In this document: positions 31,513-43,751 of the stretch, one piece after another
How the letters are laid out: every line of letters starts with the position of its first letter
Position numbering within the stretch: position 1 is the stretch's first letter
Assembly (NCBI RefSeq): GCF_009914755.1
Contig: NC_060935.1
Length of the DNA: 64,000 nucleotides
Strand: one strand, 5' to 3'
Source: the human T2T-CHM13v2.0 reference genome, Homo sapiens
The notes under the pieces: model-generated
The model's database searches: none
What the model was told of the DNA's origin: nothing
The model's input: the letters and a program-made list of their open reading frames with translations, nothing else
Translations under genes and position numbers: made by a program

Positions 31513-32271
31513 TGAAAATTATATATATGGAAATATTATATATATACAAATGTATATAAATAATATGTTGGCTACCTTAGATTTTTTATTTATATTTTAT
31601 AGAGAAGTTCCTTAAAGGGGGAAAATATTTTTATGGGAATAACTCTTTATACAGTAAATCTCTTAAAGCACTAAATGCATATACATTTATCAAATACATG
31701 GAGATTTGATTTCCTTTTGAAAATCTACCATGTGTGCTGAATACTTTGAGTACAGTTAATCATAAAAAAAACTTTTGATTAATTATTTCAAATAAAAATA
31801 TTACCATGGGTGCTAGGGAAGGCAGTCCATCTAAATTTTGTTAAGTGCTGCTCCAAATTTGTTTAAATTTGACGAGTATTTTGTTTTAATTCCCATGACC
31901 AGTGGAAACAATTTCTATGATCAAGGAAGACCTATCGCCCATTTAATTGAACAGACTGAGTGAAAATATTAGCCTAGGTCTGTTGATAAAAAACAAGGCA
32001 GAAAGCTAGCAGTAGCCCAAACCATGAGATTATTATATCTAAGTTGAGAACAAATTAGAGAACTTTTTTTCCTAAAATAGTTTTACCAATTATTCCTAGC
32101 TATTTTAAGTTACTCATAGATGTAATTATACCTTTTAACAGGCTTTGTACAATTACATTTGATATATTACCTGAAAAATACCTGTGATACACAAAAGAGG
32201 ATCTTACATTCTTTAAATCATGTTTGCTTGACTATCATGACCTTCATTTCTATGACTAATTTATTTCCTAG

Positions 32272-32386
32272 GTGATTTGGATTGTGAAACCTGTACCATA
32301 ACACGGAGTGGACTGACTGGTCTTGTTATTGGTGGTCTATACCCTGTTTTCTTGGCTATACCTGTAAATGGTGGTCTAGCAGCCAG
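32272..32386 (+). CDS. TMEM126A: TMEM126A exon 4 (GDLDCETCTITRSGLTGLVIGGLYPVFLAIPVNGGLAAR)
   Basis: Branch-like GACTAAT, TTCCTAG| acceptor, CAG|GTAGG donor, 115 nt. Confidence 0.96.
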
Positions 32387-32986
32387 GTAGGAAATAAAAA
32401 ACTTTTTATAATATGTGATTACCTATAAAACTCACAACTTAAAGCAGCAAATATATTTTGTTTTTAAGGCATTTAGACCAAAGGCAATGTTACCCTCTTG
32501 ATTAGAAGTTAGCAAGACCTGTTTTTTCTTATAATGAAATTCTACTTATCAAGAATTTCAAACAGTTATACTTGGTGTGTAGTTAGGCTATTAACCTTAA
32601 TTTGTGTACTGAATACTAAACTAACTACAAAGCTGCAAACAGTATTATGCATGAAACTTCTATCATATAAACAATTATCTTGGATGAGTTTGAACACTTG
32701 CACTAAAGGAAAATTCCATCAGAAAATGTCTAGCTGTTATATTAGCCTTCTATTCTAAAATAATTCTGGCTATTCTCTGTTGAACTCTTGCATCAGCAAT
32801 CTATGCTATAGCCTTGAAGCAAACTGGATAAAGAAACAAAAGTTTTTAGGATTAATAGACACTGAAGACCTTTACTTTAATATTCAGTTTTATCTTAAGA
32901 CTTCTAGGACTAATATGTATCACAGATGGGTTTGCCATTTGATGCAACAATCTTTTCTATTGAACTATCTCAATGTTTTCTTACAG

Positions 32987-33179
32987 GTATCAATCAGCTC
33001 TGTTACCACACAAAGGGAACATCTTAAGTTACTGGATTAGAACTTCTAAGCCTGTCTTTAGAAAGATGTTATTTCCTATTTTGCTCCAGACTATGTTTTC
33101 AGCATACCTTGGGTCTGAACAATATAAACTACTTATAAAGGCCCTTCAGTTATCTGAACCTGGCAAAGAAATTCACTGA
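32987..33179 (+). CDS. TMEM126A: TMEM126A exon 5 CDS to TGA (YQSALLPHKGNILSYWIRTSKPVFRKMLFPILLQTMFSAYLGSEQYKLLIKALQLSEPGKEIH*)
   Basis: TTACAG|G acceptor; coding exons sum to 588 nt = 195 aa + stop; matches ORF 32973-33179. Confidence 0.96.
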
Positions 33180-33202
33180 TTTTAAACAAATATGTAAACA
33201 AA

Positions 33203-33208
33203 AATAAA
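33203..33208 (+). terminator. TMEM126A: TMEM126A poly(A) signal (very short 3'UTR)
   Basis: AATAAA 23 nt after the stop, followed by GU-rich repeated TTATGTCTAATG. Confidence 0.7.
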
Positions 33209-33915
33209 ATGGTAAAAACAGTTTATGTCTAATGTTATGTCTAATGTTATGCATAAACATAGACTTGTAATTTATCACGAGGTATAATTCTGGGACCTAC
33301 AACAAAAGGCTACACAGGGCAACAAAAGGCTGAATCTAAGTAAAAGCTACCCACTTAAACAAGTTTAACTTCACGAGTTTGCCCAGTATTGTCTCTTCTA
33401 CCTTGCTTGTTCTACCTTAGGCGTTGAGTTTGGTCTGTAACACAAGAGGAAAAAGTAACTATATAGTATTTTACACTGAAGACTTCATAATGACAAACAG
33501 GAATAAAAAATGAAAAAATATCTATCAATATACTATACCAAATGTTACTCACAATTCACTTTCTCAATTCAAATTATTAATCCATAGATTCTTAGAACTG
33601 ATTTAACAACCTTCCTCAAATCAATCATCTTCTTGAGTCATTCAGGCTCAGCTTCAGCTATTATGATATAGACCTACCTACTTCGAGTCACCTTATTTAG
33701 AAAGCTGTATTTTTAGTTTAGGTAGTCTTTCAAGCTTCCATTTATTGTGGCATATTTAGAATCACAAAATTAACTAATCTCTCTGACCCTCAGTGAAATA
33801 TCCTAGTTGGTTCATTTCCTAAGATCATTTAAATTTTTGATGTGCTTTCTTCTGTTCTCCTAACATTTCTCATCCTAGTTCTCTAAACCATTTTATTTTG
33901 TGACAGCAACTAAAT

Positions 33916-34105
33916 CAGCATTCTCCAACAGAGCGTTCTGTGATGATGGAAATATTTTCTATCTGCACAGTCAATATGTTAGCCACTAGCCTATGTAGCG
34001 GCTGGGCACCTGAAATGTGGCAAGTGCAATTGAGTAACTGAATTTTTACTTTTAAACCATTTAAAATGTTTAGCCACGTGACTAATGCTTACAGTATTGG
34101 ACAGC
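33916..34105. mobile_element. MER3-like DNA transposon
   Basis: CAGCATTCTCCAACAGAGCGTTCTGTGATGATGGAAAT...TATTGGACAGCG. Confidence 0.7.
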
Positions 34106-34699
34106 GTAGATCTAAACCAACACTTATGAAGCAAGCCAATCATCACAGAAAAGTACCAAACAAAATTTTAAGTGGCATCCAAGATTATTCATGAATCTCT
34201 TAATTATTACTTCCAAATAGTGACATATCTGTTAAGTCATCTTATGCTACTTAAAATTATAATTTAGAAAAGGCATCTTTGTGAGTGAAACTGGCCTTTA
34301 GCTTCTGTTTAAAGAAAAACATAAAGCTGTGCTGCCAAAGATGAAAAACTCATGTGAAATTAATAAAATACAATCTCAATTTTTCAGAAAGCAAAGATGA
34401 TTTGTTCTTTCAACAGGCACATAAAATATATTATCTACCAAACTTATATAAAAAATGATCCCAGTTATGAGGCAAAAGAATCTATGTGCACAAGAGACTG
34501 AAAGGAAGCATGCCAAAATGTTTACTGTGGATATTCTATGGCTTATAGAGTTATAAGGGTGATTTTCCTTTTCTTCTTGATTCCTTTCAGGATATTCCAA
34601 GTTTTCTATAAAGAATATGCTTTACTTTTACAACTAGGGAAAGAAAGACAGAAAAATATATATAACATTTAAAGGGCAAAACAATATAGCTGTTTATTT

Positions 34700-37600
34700 T
34701 ACAGGCTAAAATATCAAGATGAAAAGCTCTGATCCCAAATCATCCATTTTACCTATATTCTGTCACTTTTACTAAAAGCAGAGTTCTACTCATCCCAGTG
34801 AAAAAAACAATGAATTAAAAGTAATTTCTGGCGTTAACCCAAGTACCGAGTTAAGACTCCTTAAGAATATAGAATTATGTAATCAACTTAGATAATTCAA
34901 AGCCCAATGATATAACTAAGTTCTTTGACGATTGAGCACACATTGTTTCCTTACTTATCTTTAAACATTCCTAGTCCAATTACTCCCTAGCATAATACCA
35001 TTTATAAATGAGGATGAGTTTACAATGGTTTCTGTAACCAAAAAGTATTTCTAATATCTGTCCTCTGCCACATATTTTTAAATTATCTTTTCCATTAGCA
35101 GAAATGGGCAACATAAGCAATAAATCATGTTAAGTCTGTTGCTACAAATTTACTTTGCCAAAATTTTTGTTCAGAGGGCAGATATCTGCATTATTTAAGG
35201 ACATTTAGTCATTTGTAGCTAACACCTGAAGTAAACTACCCTCAATCAATTTTTATATTTCAGTCTAGTCACTGTAGACAAACTATTTAAATCTTTTATA
35301 ATTTACTTTGTGTAGTTATTTGGCTTAAAAAAAAAAAAAGAGGGCTCACATTCTATTTAAATTAAGACAATATATTTTATAAAGCCCAAATTATAGTACA
35401 CTAAGAGCCAGAGGGGTCTAGGGAATTGATCTCAGTGGGTATACAGCAAAGACAAAATTTGGAGGCAGACGCTAAAGGAAGTTGAGATAAATAAAATTCA
35501 AATCAGTGTATTAACAGAACTACACAAATGTTTACAACACAGTAACTACACTTTTCAATTAGTTCATTGTGAAAACTGAGCAAAATATTTTCAACAATTT
35601 TGGGTCAACAAAAAGTATGGAATATTTTAAGACAATAAAGAGTGACTGGTGTTGAGAGTACTGAGGCTACACAGAGGTACTGAAATTCAAATCTGAAAAA
35701 TACTGTGCTGGCCACACAACACTACAAATTTCTAATGGAAGAATTCCCTTTTTGATCCGCAGCTTAGGTGGTAAGTAAATAAAAAAACAGCTCAGAAAAA
35801 CAGCAAAAATATTAACATTTAGGAGTCTCAAAACTTTGTATTGGCTGTGAGTCTGGGGGAAAAAAACATAAATGTCATACTACCAATTAAACTTTCAAGA
35901 GTCATCAGATTATTTAGCTTTAAAATTTTACTAAATCAGACCTTAAACTACACATTCAAAATGCTGAACTAGATAATCACATATTAAAAAGGTAATGACT
36001 CATTATCAGTGAATTACCCAGTCTGTTCTATCAAAGTAGTAGTTAAGGTCACCAAATAATGTTGGTGCCTTTGGTTCTGGAATTATAACTAGCTGTACTG
36101 TAGGAGCATCAGCGCCTAAGTTTTAAGCCAGTGGGAATACTCTGCTGCCTGGCTTCACAGGCACTGAATACACTTAAAATGGTAAGAAACTGAATGGATT
36201 TAATAAGTTTTGAATAATACAATAACCAACTGTATATTTATTATGAAGTAAAAGCCAATCTCCTACCCAATCCCTCTTCTATCAGCTGCACATTTCCAAG
36301 TAAGTGAGATAAAATGACTCAATCTAAACCACGTGAAGGAATGTATTAACATAATCCAACAAAAATGAAATAAAACAATCCAGAGTTTTGAGTGTTTTTT
36401 CACACTTGTAATAAACTGAAAAAATATTTCAATTAAAACAACCATATGCCACAAAAAGCCACTCCCATCATCCACAATACTAAAGTCCTTATACAACACT
36501 AAATTTTTATATAAAACAGTAGAAACTAGCATACCATTAATTAGAAACCTCAAAATATTCAGAAAACAGTATCAAGTACTCAAGAGAAAGCTCAAGAAGC
36601 CAAAACCTCAAGAATCCATACATCCTGGTTGTTACCCTAAATTGTAATTAACTACCCACACATTTAATCATAATCAACTTTTTCAAAGATATACAAATCA
36701 ATGCATCTATTTAAAAGGACTACTCTTTATAGTTCAGAACTTTACATTAACTTTTATATTCTACTCAGCAGGGTGTCTGTCTGTACTCCAAATTAGCTCT
36801 CATGTTCCAGGAAATAAATACAAACTCATATGCCTTGTGATCACTGATGGCCTGCTTATGTAATTCTAGTCCACTAAATGTTAATTCCATAGAATATGCT
36901 CTTGATTATGTAAAAACTCTAATTTCTTGATGAAATACTGTAATTCTCCAAAGGTTACAATTTTGTAAAGATATGCAATAACTGAGTATCACTCCCATGA
37001 AAGACAAAAAAAGTATAATTTTGTTCCAAGATTAACTTAGTCTCATGTATCTCTATTAAGTCTTTCAAGGATTCCAGAGAATCTTTTCATATCTCCATTT
37101 CTGGAAAGTGAAATCAGTATAGAAGTAATTTGGGAACTTGAAAATGGCATTCATTTTTTTCAGCAGATGCCAAATTTTTGACCGACATGGTTCTCACAAT
37201 TACTTTGTTACCAACAGTCCAGTCAGTTAACAGGTTGTAGGAAAAGATTCGTTTTTGCAGACACTGCTAAGCTGTTCAAAGAGAAGAGAGAGAGATTAAT
37301 TTAGTGATTATAAAATGCACAAATATTTAAAATATTTTGAACACTTCTTGTTGGATTATATCAGAGGTGTGACTACATTTTAACAAAAGTGGACTTTTTA
37401 AGATAAGTCTGGTCAAAGAAGTGCAGAAACAGTAAGTCAATATGATAGAAATAGTAGGTCAAAATATGATGTGTTAGTTCAATTAATGTATGAACTCCTG
37501 CCACCATCAAAAGACAAATATTAAAAAGCTACATCTTTAGTCTAGTTCTGTATTTTACCAGAGGCACATTTAGAAGAAAAACAAAAGGGTCACCCAAATA

Positions 37601-38634
37601 CTAAATTGTTTTCAACCATTACAGTAAATAGAGCCAAACCTAGAAATTTCAAAAACAATCCATTTTATATTCCAGAAATCTCCTTTATCCATGTGCTAAT
37701 CATCCAGAACACAATTTTCTAAAAATAGTAAGACAACAGTTTCACATTAATCATAACTTTTTTAATTAACAAGTAGTGAATCGGACACTTTAAGATATTG
37801 TTTACTACATACTGAAATAAACAGATCTGTTTAAATTCAGAAACCCAAACATTTACAGTAAAATGTGCTTACACATAAATATGACCAAATTTATTTAAAG
37901 CCCCTATTAGATAGATCCTAAGTACATGCAATTACCATGTAAAAACAAGACCATGAAGTTGATGTAAAAAATGACAAAATCACTAAGTCACCAAAACTAG
38001 AAAAAAAAAAATGAAATGGAAACTGAGAAAAGACAGTTAATAAAACATAAGGAACCTAACAAAGCAGCTTTAAAAATAGGCCATACTAATCCTTCCATTT
38101 TCAAAAGTTCTTATCAAGTAATTCCAAAAACTGCCATTTATAAAATGACATTCTAAAAATCTACACTTGGAATTTCAAAGTATCTCAATTCAGAAAGCTT
38201 TGACTACTGTTTCTCCCCAGCCCACAATTTCAAATAATGCAGGAAAAGTATTGACGTAAGGAAGAAAATACTCCAACAGAATGTTATAGTTTTTAGAAAA
38301 ATGAACTTACTGCTTTCCAGAACCTTTTAAGACCCACAGTCAGCATTAACAATCATTTTTCCTATTTTCATCCATTATTTTCCAATATCATGTTAGAGAT
38401 GAATAAATTCTTTGAGCCCATAACTAAAAGATCAACAAACCTGGTTTTATTATGACACCATATTTTTGTCATTGGTACTGCACAAAATTATATACAAAGA
38501 AATATATACAAAATGTTCAAGTATTAGTTAAATTTCAATTCAAGGCTTCTGTTTCAAAAAAGCTACATTTAACATATTTCATAAAGATAGCACAAATTAG
38601 TCATTTCAAATAATCTTTCCAACTACTTTTGGTT

Positions 38635-38668
<34 letters not shown>

Positions 38669-40484
38669 ATTCAGTAGGCACTAAAAACCCATGCAGCTGC
38701 ATTGTGAGGGGCTTGCTCCTGCCCTTAGGTATAAGCAGGTTCATCACTCCAATTTGTGAGTTTGGCTACTACCCATTCATGCTCAAGTGCAGTAGTAGAT
38801 GATTTTACAAAATATGCTGTGATGCACTGGAAACCAAAGACCAATTCAGGTCTCAAATCGTATTATCTAGCAACAAAACATTTACAGTTGTGCAAGAACA
38901 AGGATTCCATTTTCATAACCAAATAACAAAATAAAACATTTTATGTGTAAGATAACTTACATCTTTGGACTGCTGGAAAATACTTTTTAATTATGAACAT
39001 GTTAAAAATAAAAAACAGCAGAAGCCCTGATATTACCTCTTTTTCCTCATTTCTTATACTACCTTTTAAAATAAAGCAGGAAATGTGGCCAGCAGCTGGT
39101 CCCGTCTCTTCTGCCCCAACAGCTGTATCCACTTTAGCACAAAGAAAAACAAGGATGCTAAATACGTATATACTTTATCAAGCAGTGATGTTTCACAAAG
39201 AATTTCTTAATGCCTCTTACACTGAAGGACACCATAATTCAATTTATACAACTGGTTAATAGATTCAAGGGAATAAATCCCACCTTAGGAAAATAGTACC
39301 AATCGTGTCATTTAAGTGGCCAGAACCACTCAATTTAAAAAATTATTTTAAAATAGGACAAATACTTTTGAAACACAGAGAATAAGATTCTTTGTGAAGC
39401 CTCACTTTACACGTTTTCATTCACATTTCACAACCTTCAATATCTAATCATACATATATAAATTTAACCTAAAATTTTAATACAACAAAAATAAAGATGT
39501 TCAACAATTTATTCAATCTCAGTGATAGGGTAATCACTGCTGGTCCTCAAAGAAACATTAGCCATTCTTATTCTCCAATTAACTAAAACGCAGGAGTCTC
39601 ATATGTATGTTAATTTCCAACTTCTCTAATGGTGAGACATTAAAATGTTACTCCATTATAGACTGTTTCTATATCTCATACTGAAAACTAAAAGGCATTG
39701 TTGATATTTAAGAGATACCTGTCACCTCCAGCAAAATAACTATCACATTTGTGCATGCCCCAAATACTTAACTGTCAACCTCTGAAAAGTTGCCCTAAAA
39801 TCGGAATTCCAATTTGCACCTTGTACAACTCGGAACTTCCATTCAACTTCACCTGTTTCACTGTCTCCAAACTGTCTCTCTATAAGCAGGTTTCAGTGTA
39901 CAGTTGGAACCGATGTCATCCAAGGCCATGTCCACACTGGGGACAGAAGAGCTAGGTACACGCAAGTCTGAATAAGGGGACACATTAATAGCTATTTCAA
40001 CCAGAAGAGGCATCTTAAATACATTCTTGACCAGCACAAGTCTGTTTCCAGGGTGGACAGGGCCCAAATTAGATTTCCCTCCCACCTTCCAAAACAGAAA
40101 AAAAAAAAAAAATCACACACACACAAACTGAGATGTTGCCCATTAAAGTAGACAAAGCAGCAGAGCATGAGCGTTACGGGAAGAGATGGATCCTTACCAG
40201 GTTGTGAGGCGGGAACGACTGTTCTGTAACCCCTACAACGGAGCCTGGCAGGAAGGAAATCACCTAAAAAAGAAACTGTCAGAGAGATTTAATAGTCACA
40301 TGTTATCATTAGGAGTTGGTTACTGTGTCACATTCATGCTTTTAGCTAAACACTTTAAGATTCAATATTACTTTTTTTCTCTCCTCTGAAATGTGTCCGG
40401 TGAAGATGTCCCACTAAGGTAAGTTTGACATGGTGTAAGGGAGTTGAAAGGGGTAAACGCGGATAAAGAGCAGATTACTTGACC
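34700..40484 (-). other. CREBZF: Long AT-rich CREBZF 3'UTR with several candidate poly(A) sites (distal end uncertain)
   Basis: Directly downstream of the CREBZF stop; no recognisable interspersed repeats; minus-strand AATAAA at 39508, 38446, 37890, 36237 and 34693. Confidence 0.65.
40260..40275 (-). CDS. CREBZF: Alternative CREBZF C-terminal coding segment giving the ...LKIFFFR* tail after splicing of intron 40276-40488
   Basis: Donor AT|GTAGGG inside codon 354, acceptor CTCTCTGACAG|T TTC TTT TTT AGG TGA. Confidence 0.75.
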
Positions 40485-41549
40485 CTACATTTTAAGAGAA
40501 GACGACGCCTTCCGGGCGCACGCCGAGCAGAACTCCACCGACACCTTATCCTTGTCCACATGGAGACAGACTCCTCCCGCCGAGTCGTCCTCTTCCAGCA
40601 GGTCCTGCTTCTGCTTTCCCACCGGCAGAGCGTAGTCGTGGTCACCGGCGGGCGAGTCTCTGAAGAGCGAGGTGGTCAGCCGCAGTCCCACGCCGCTCAG
40701 CCGGCTCAGCAAGCGAGCCAGTCCAGTCTCGTTGGCTAAGACTGCCCGTAGGTAGCGACTCTCCTCCTGCAGTGCCTGTACGCGTTTGCCCAGCTCCCGA
40801 TTCTCGGCCCGCAGCTCCTGGTTCTCGGCTGCCAGACCCCGGACTCGACTCTCCAGCCCCATCACGTACTCCTTCTTCTTCAGTCGATTAAGGCGGGCAG
40901 CGGCCGCCGCCGCCTTCCGGGGACTCTTTGTCGCCGCCTGGTTGTTGTCGTTACCGCTGCCGCCACCGCCGCCTCCTCCTGGGGACTTTCTCCGCCTCTT
41001 TTCGGCGCTGCCACTGTCACTGCTGCTGCTGCAGCCTCCGATACCGTTTAACAGCCTTTGCAGCAGGTCAGAGAAGCGCTGCATTTCAGCAGCCGCGGCC
41101 TCATCGTCATCGTCCCCTCTCCACAGGCCGCCGCTATCCGAGCCTCCGCCAGACGAGGAGAGAGGCCCCGGCGAGCTAAGCCCGGGGTCCAGGTGCCAGT
41201 CCGGTTGCCTGGGGTCCAGGAGATCCGCCAGTTCCAGCCCAGACAGAAAGTCCATATCCTCCGTCTCTTCCCCCGGGAGGCTGGCGATCGCCTCCTCCTC
41301 CATCTCCTCGGGGGAGGGCGCGCGCACGGCCACGCCGCCGCGGCTCCCCCTCCCGGCTTCCAACTCTCCTTCGTCGCCAAACTGCTGCTTGCGGCCGGGA
41401 GATCCGGCCGCCGCCGTCTCCTCCTCCCCCGCTGCAGCCCGGGTCAGGTCAGAGGGCAGCGAACAAGTTGCAGCCGGCTCCGGGCTCTCACTGCGGGTTG
41501 GGGAGTTGCTGCCCGAGGCTGCCAGCAGCTTGGTCAGGCTATGCCTCAT
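40485..41549 (-). CDS. CREBZF: CREB/ATF bZIP transcription factor (Zhangfei/SMILE), 354 aa; second in-frame ATG at 41303 gives a 272-aa form
   Basis: Recognised sequence; atypical basic region [18 protein letters not shown], leucine zipper, HCF-1 binding motif DHDY (40632-40643), several LxxLL motifs. Confidence 0.98.
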   Translation of the reverse strand: MRHSLTKLLAASGSNSPTRSESPEPAATCSLPSDLTRAAAGEEETAAAGSPGRKQQFGDEGELEAGRGSRGGVAVRAPSPEEMEEEAIASLPGEETEDMDFLSGLELADLLDPRQPDWHLDPGLSSPGPLSSSGGGSDSGGLWRGDDDDEAAAAEMQRFSDLLQRLLNGIGGCSSSSDSGSAEKRRRKSPGGGGGGGSGNDNNQAATKSPRKAAAAAARLNRLKKKEYVMGLESRVRGLAAENQELRAENRELGKRVQALQEESRYLRAVLANETGLARLLSRLSGVGLRLTTSLFRDSPAGDHDYALPVGKQKQDLLEEDDSAGGVCLHVDKDKVSVEFCSACARKASSSLKM

Positions 41550-41880
41550 GAGGGCCAGCGGCGGGCCGCGGTAGGCCCCGGCCGCTAAGAGTGGGCCTCA
41601 CGGGCCCCAAGGATCCCAGGCCCCAGGGCGGGTAGCCCCCGGCACTGGCCGAAACGAAATGCAGGGAAAGGTCCGAGTCGCCTCCCGCCTCACTTGGCTA
41701 GTCGACCCCCCGCGCCAAGGCGCGGGGAGGGACGGGAGAACGAAGCGGTGAGGCCCTGCGATGACTCGACCGCGCCACCCAGACAACGGCGTAGCCGGAA
41801 GTCAGTGGTTTTCGCCCCAGTCCCGCCCACCGCGTTTCGCGCGCCACCAGGCCGTAGTGTCGCGAGATTTCAGGGTGCTT
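41550..41880 (-). promoter_or_regulatory. CREBZF: CREBZF proximal promoter/5'UTR, upstream end of a CpG island that spans the CDS
   Basis: CpG-dense; CCGGAAGT ETS ~41795, GC box CCCGCCC ~41822, TCGCGAGA ~41860, TGACTC ~41762. Confidence 0.8.
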
Positions 41881-42474
41881 TAGAGTGGGAATAATTCCAG
41901 CTTTCTAGTGATGTCATAATAACAGCGGCAAAAATAACAAGTCTCTAGATTTATCCACCCTAATTCAATACCACCCAATACCCAGACTCAACAGTTCAAC
42001 ACAACATTTTGCTATATTTGCTTTATCTTTACATAAATGCTTGTAAATTTTTTTTTTGCTGAATCATCCTAAAGTTGCAGATGAGACACCACACCCCTGC
42101 GTACTTCAGTGTGCATCTCTAAAAATAAGGACTTTTTTTTCATAATCATAATACTATTACCAAGTCTTCAGAAAATTAACAATCGTTTACTAATACTATT
42201 TAATACCTGGGCCATACTAGATGTCCTCAGTTGGATAATGGATATGCTAGTTACCCTAACCTGATCACTACATTCCATATGTATAGAAATATCACTATGT
42301 ACCCAATGAATATGACAGTTATTATTTGTCAATTAAAAAAAATTAAAACCAAAGCAAAATGAATGTAGAATACAACATTGCTTACAAAAATTGTCTTCAG
42401 TTGTTCTTGCCATTTTTGTAAGTAGATGTTTTCACTTGAGCCAAAATCCAATCAGTACTGACTTACTGCATTTG

Positions 42475-42875
42475 GGTAACAAACAAACAAAAACTCTGAC
42501 AAATAGAGCCAGGAAAGGCTATGAAGAGAGGGTACTCATGCTTGTATGCCTGAAAACAAAGACTGTAAAAACCACAACGTTGCACAAAGACCATCACGAC
42601 CTTATACAAAACCTCTGCAAGGATGTCTGCCCAGAAACTGCCTGTCCAACCTTTAACTGACGTCACCCTTGTTATTGACCTTTGTAGCTAAGATAATTAG
42701 TTCAAAACAATGTGTAACCATCCTCATTTTTTTTTCCTTTAAAACTCTTTGTCTTCCTTCGTCTTCCTGAATACACACATAGTTTACTATGGCATGCGTT
42801 TTCCCACTGAAATGCTCCATTCTCAAAACATGTCTTTTATTTTAGAGACCTTTTCTGTTTGTTATTTAGGTTCAC
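42475..42875 (+). mobile_element. ERV1-class solo LTR (MER34/MER39-like)
   Basis: CTGCAAGGATGTCTGCCCAG...CTGACGTCACCCTTGTTATTGA...ATAGTTTACTATGGCA...GTTATTTAGGTTCACA end. Confidence 0.7.
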
Positions 42876-42974
42876 ATCCCACAAGGGATTTCAGATTTGA
42901 AGCAGTTTACAAATACAGATATTTAGGTTCACATCCCACAAGGGATTTGAGATTTGAAGCAGTTTACAAGTACA
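42863..42974 (+). repeat. 57-bp tandem duplication (2 copies)
   Basis: TATTTAGGTTCACATCCCACAAGGGATTT(C/G)AGATTTGAAGCAGTTTACAA(A/G)TACA at 42863 and 42920. Confidence 0.95.
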
Positions 42975-43364
42975 TTAGAATATAGTAAAACAAAACATTT
43001 TGAATTTTTAAAAAGCAAGGCCAATAAAAGATGAACTAGGAAGAGAAGGATTTCTGAAAGGGGAAAAGGTTAATCTTGGAATTGGATGGATGCAATATCT
43101 TACTCAGTTGTTTGAATTGGGCTAAAAATTGTTTCCTGACAGCCCAAACAAAAAAAGAGAAATGAATTTTCCTTTGTTCATGAGTAAAATATACATGAAT
43201 TCTTTAACTGCTCTTCTAGTTCTTAAATCTTAAAGAAACTTCTCTATAGGATACTGAATAATGTAGTAGATATCCTCGAGGATAGCTGCTTCTATACAGT
43301 ATTTCTTAGAGACACAGAAAGCAAGGTCCAGGGAAGTTGAACACTGACAGGTCCCAAATATTGA

Positions 43365-43421
43365 GAAACGTGCCTGGTACTGCATAGGCTTCAACAAATA
43401 TTGAGTGAGTGAGTGAATAAA
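43365..43421 (+). mobile_element. L2 3'-terminus remnant
   Basis: GTGCCTGGTACTGCATAGGCTTCAACAAATATTGAGTGAGTGAGTGAATAA resembles the L2 3' end. Confidence 0.7.
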
Positions 43422-43751
43422 GTCTACAGTTTTGACTGAAGCCATAACACTAAAGCTCACCTGAATGAAAACAATTATTTCAAGGTGTGAAAAAAGTATG
43501 ACCTGTGGTATCTAGAAGAATAAATAAAAGGACTCCTTGTCCTGCTTAACATTCCATTAGGAAAGATTTTGCCAAAGTACAAGAGCACACAGTTCAAGGT
43601 GATATATGTATACTCTGGCCTCCCTTGAGTACAGGTGTTTTGTATGGCTGGTAATCCCATCCAACTGCATTTTCCCCTTAGGCAAAATTCAATATTATTA
43701 ACTGATTATATTTTTTAAATTACGAAATTTTGTTTTAAATACACATGATTT

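Noticed and set aside
40786-41588. Long plus-strand ORFs (262 aa, 176 aa) antisense to CREBZF, and a 110-aa alternate-frame ORF
   Set aside because: Shadow ORFs of a very GC-rich CDS; low-complexity products; the 110-aa ORF starts at TTG
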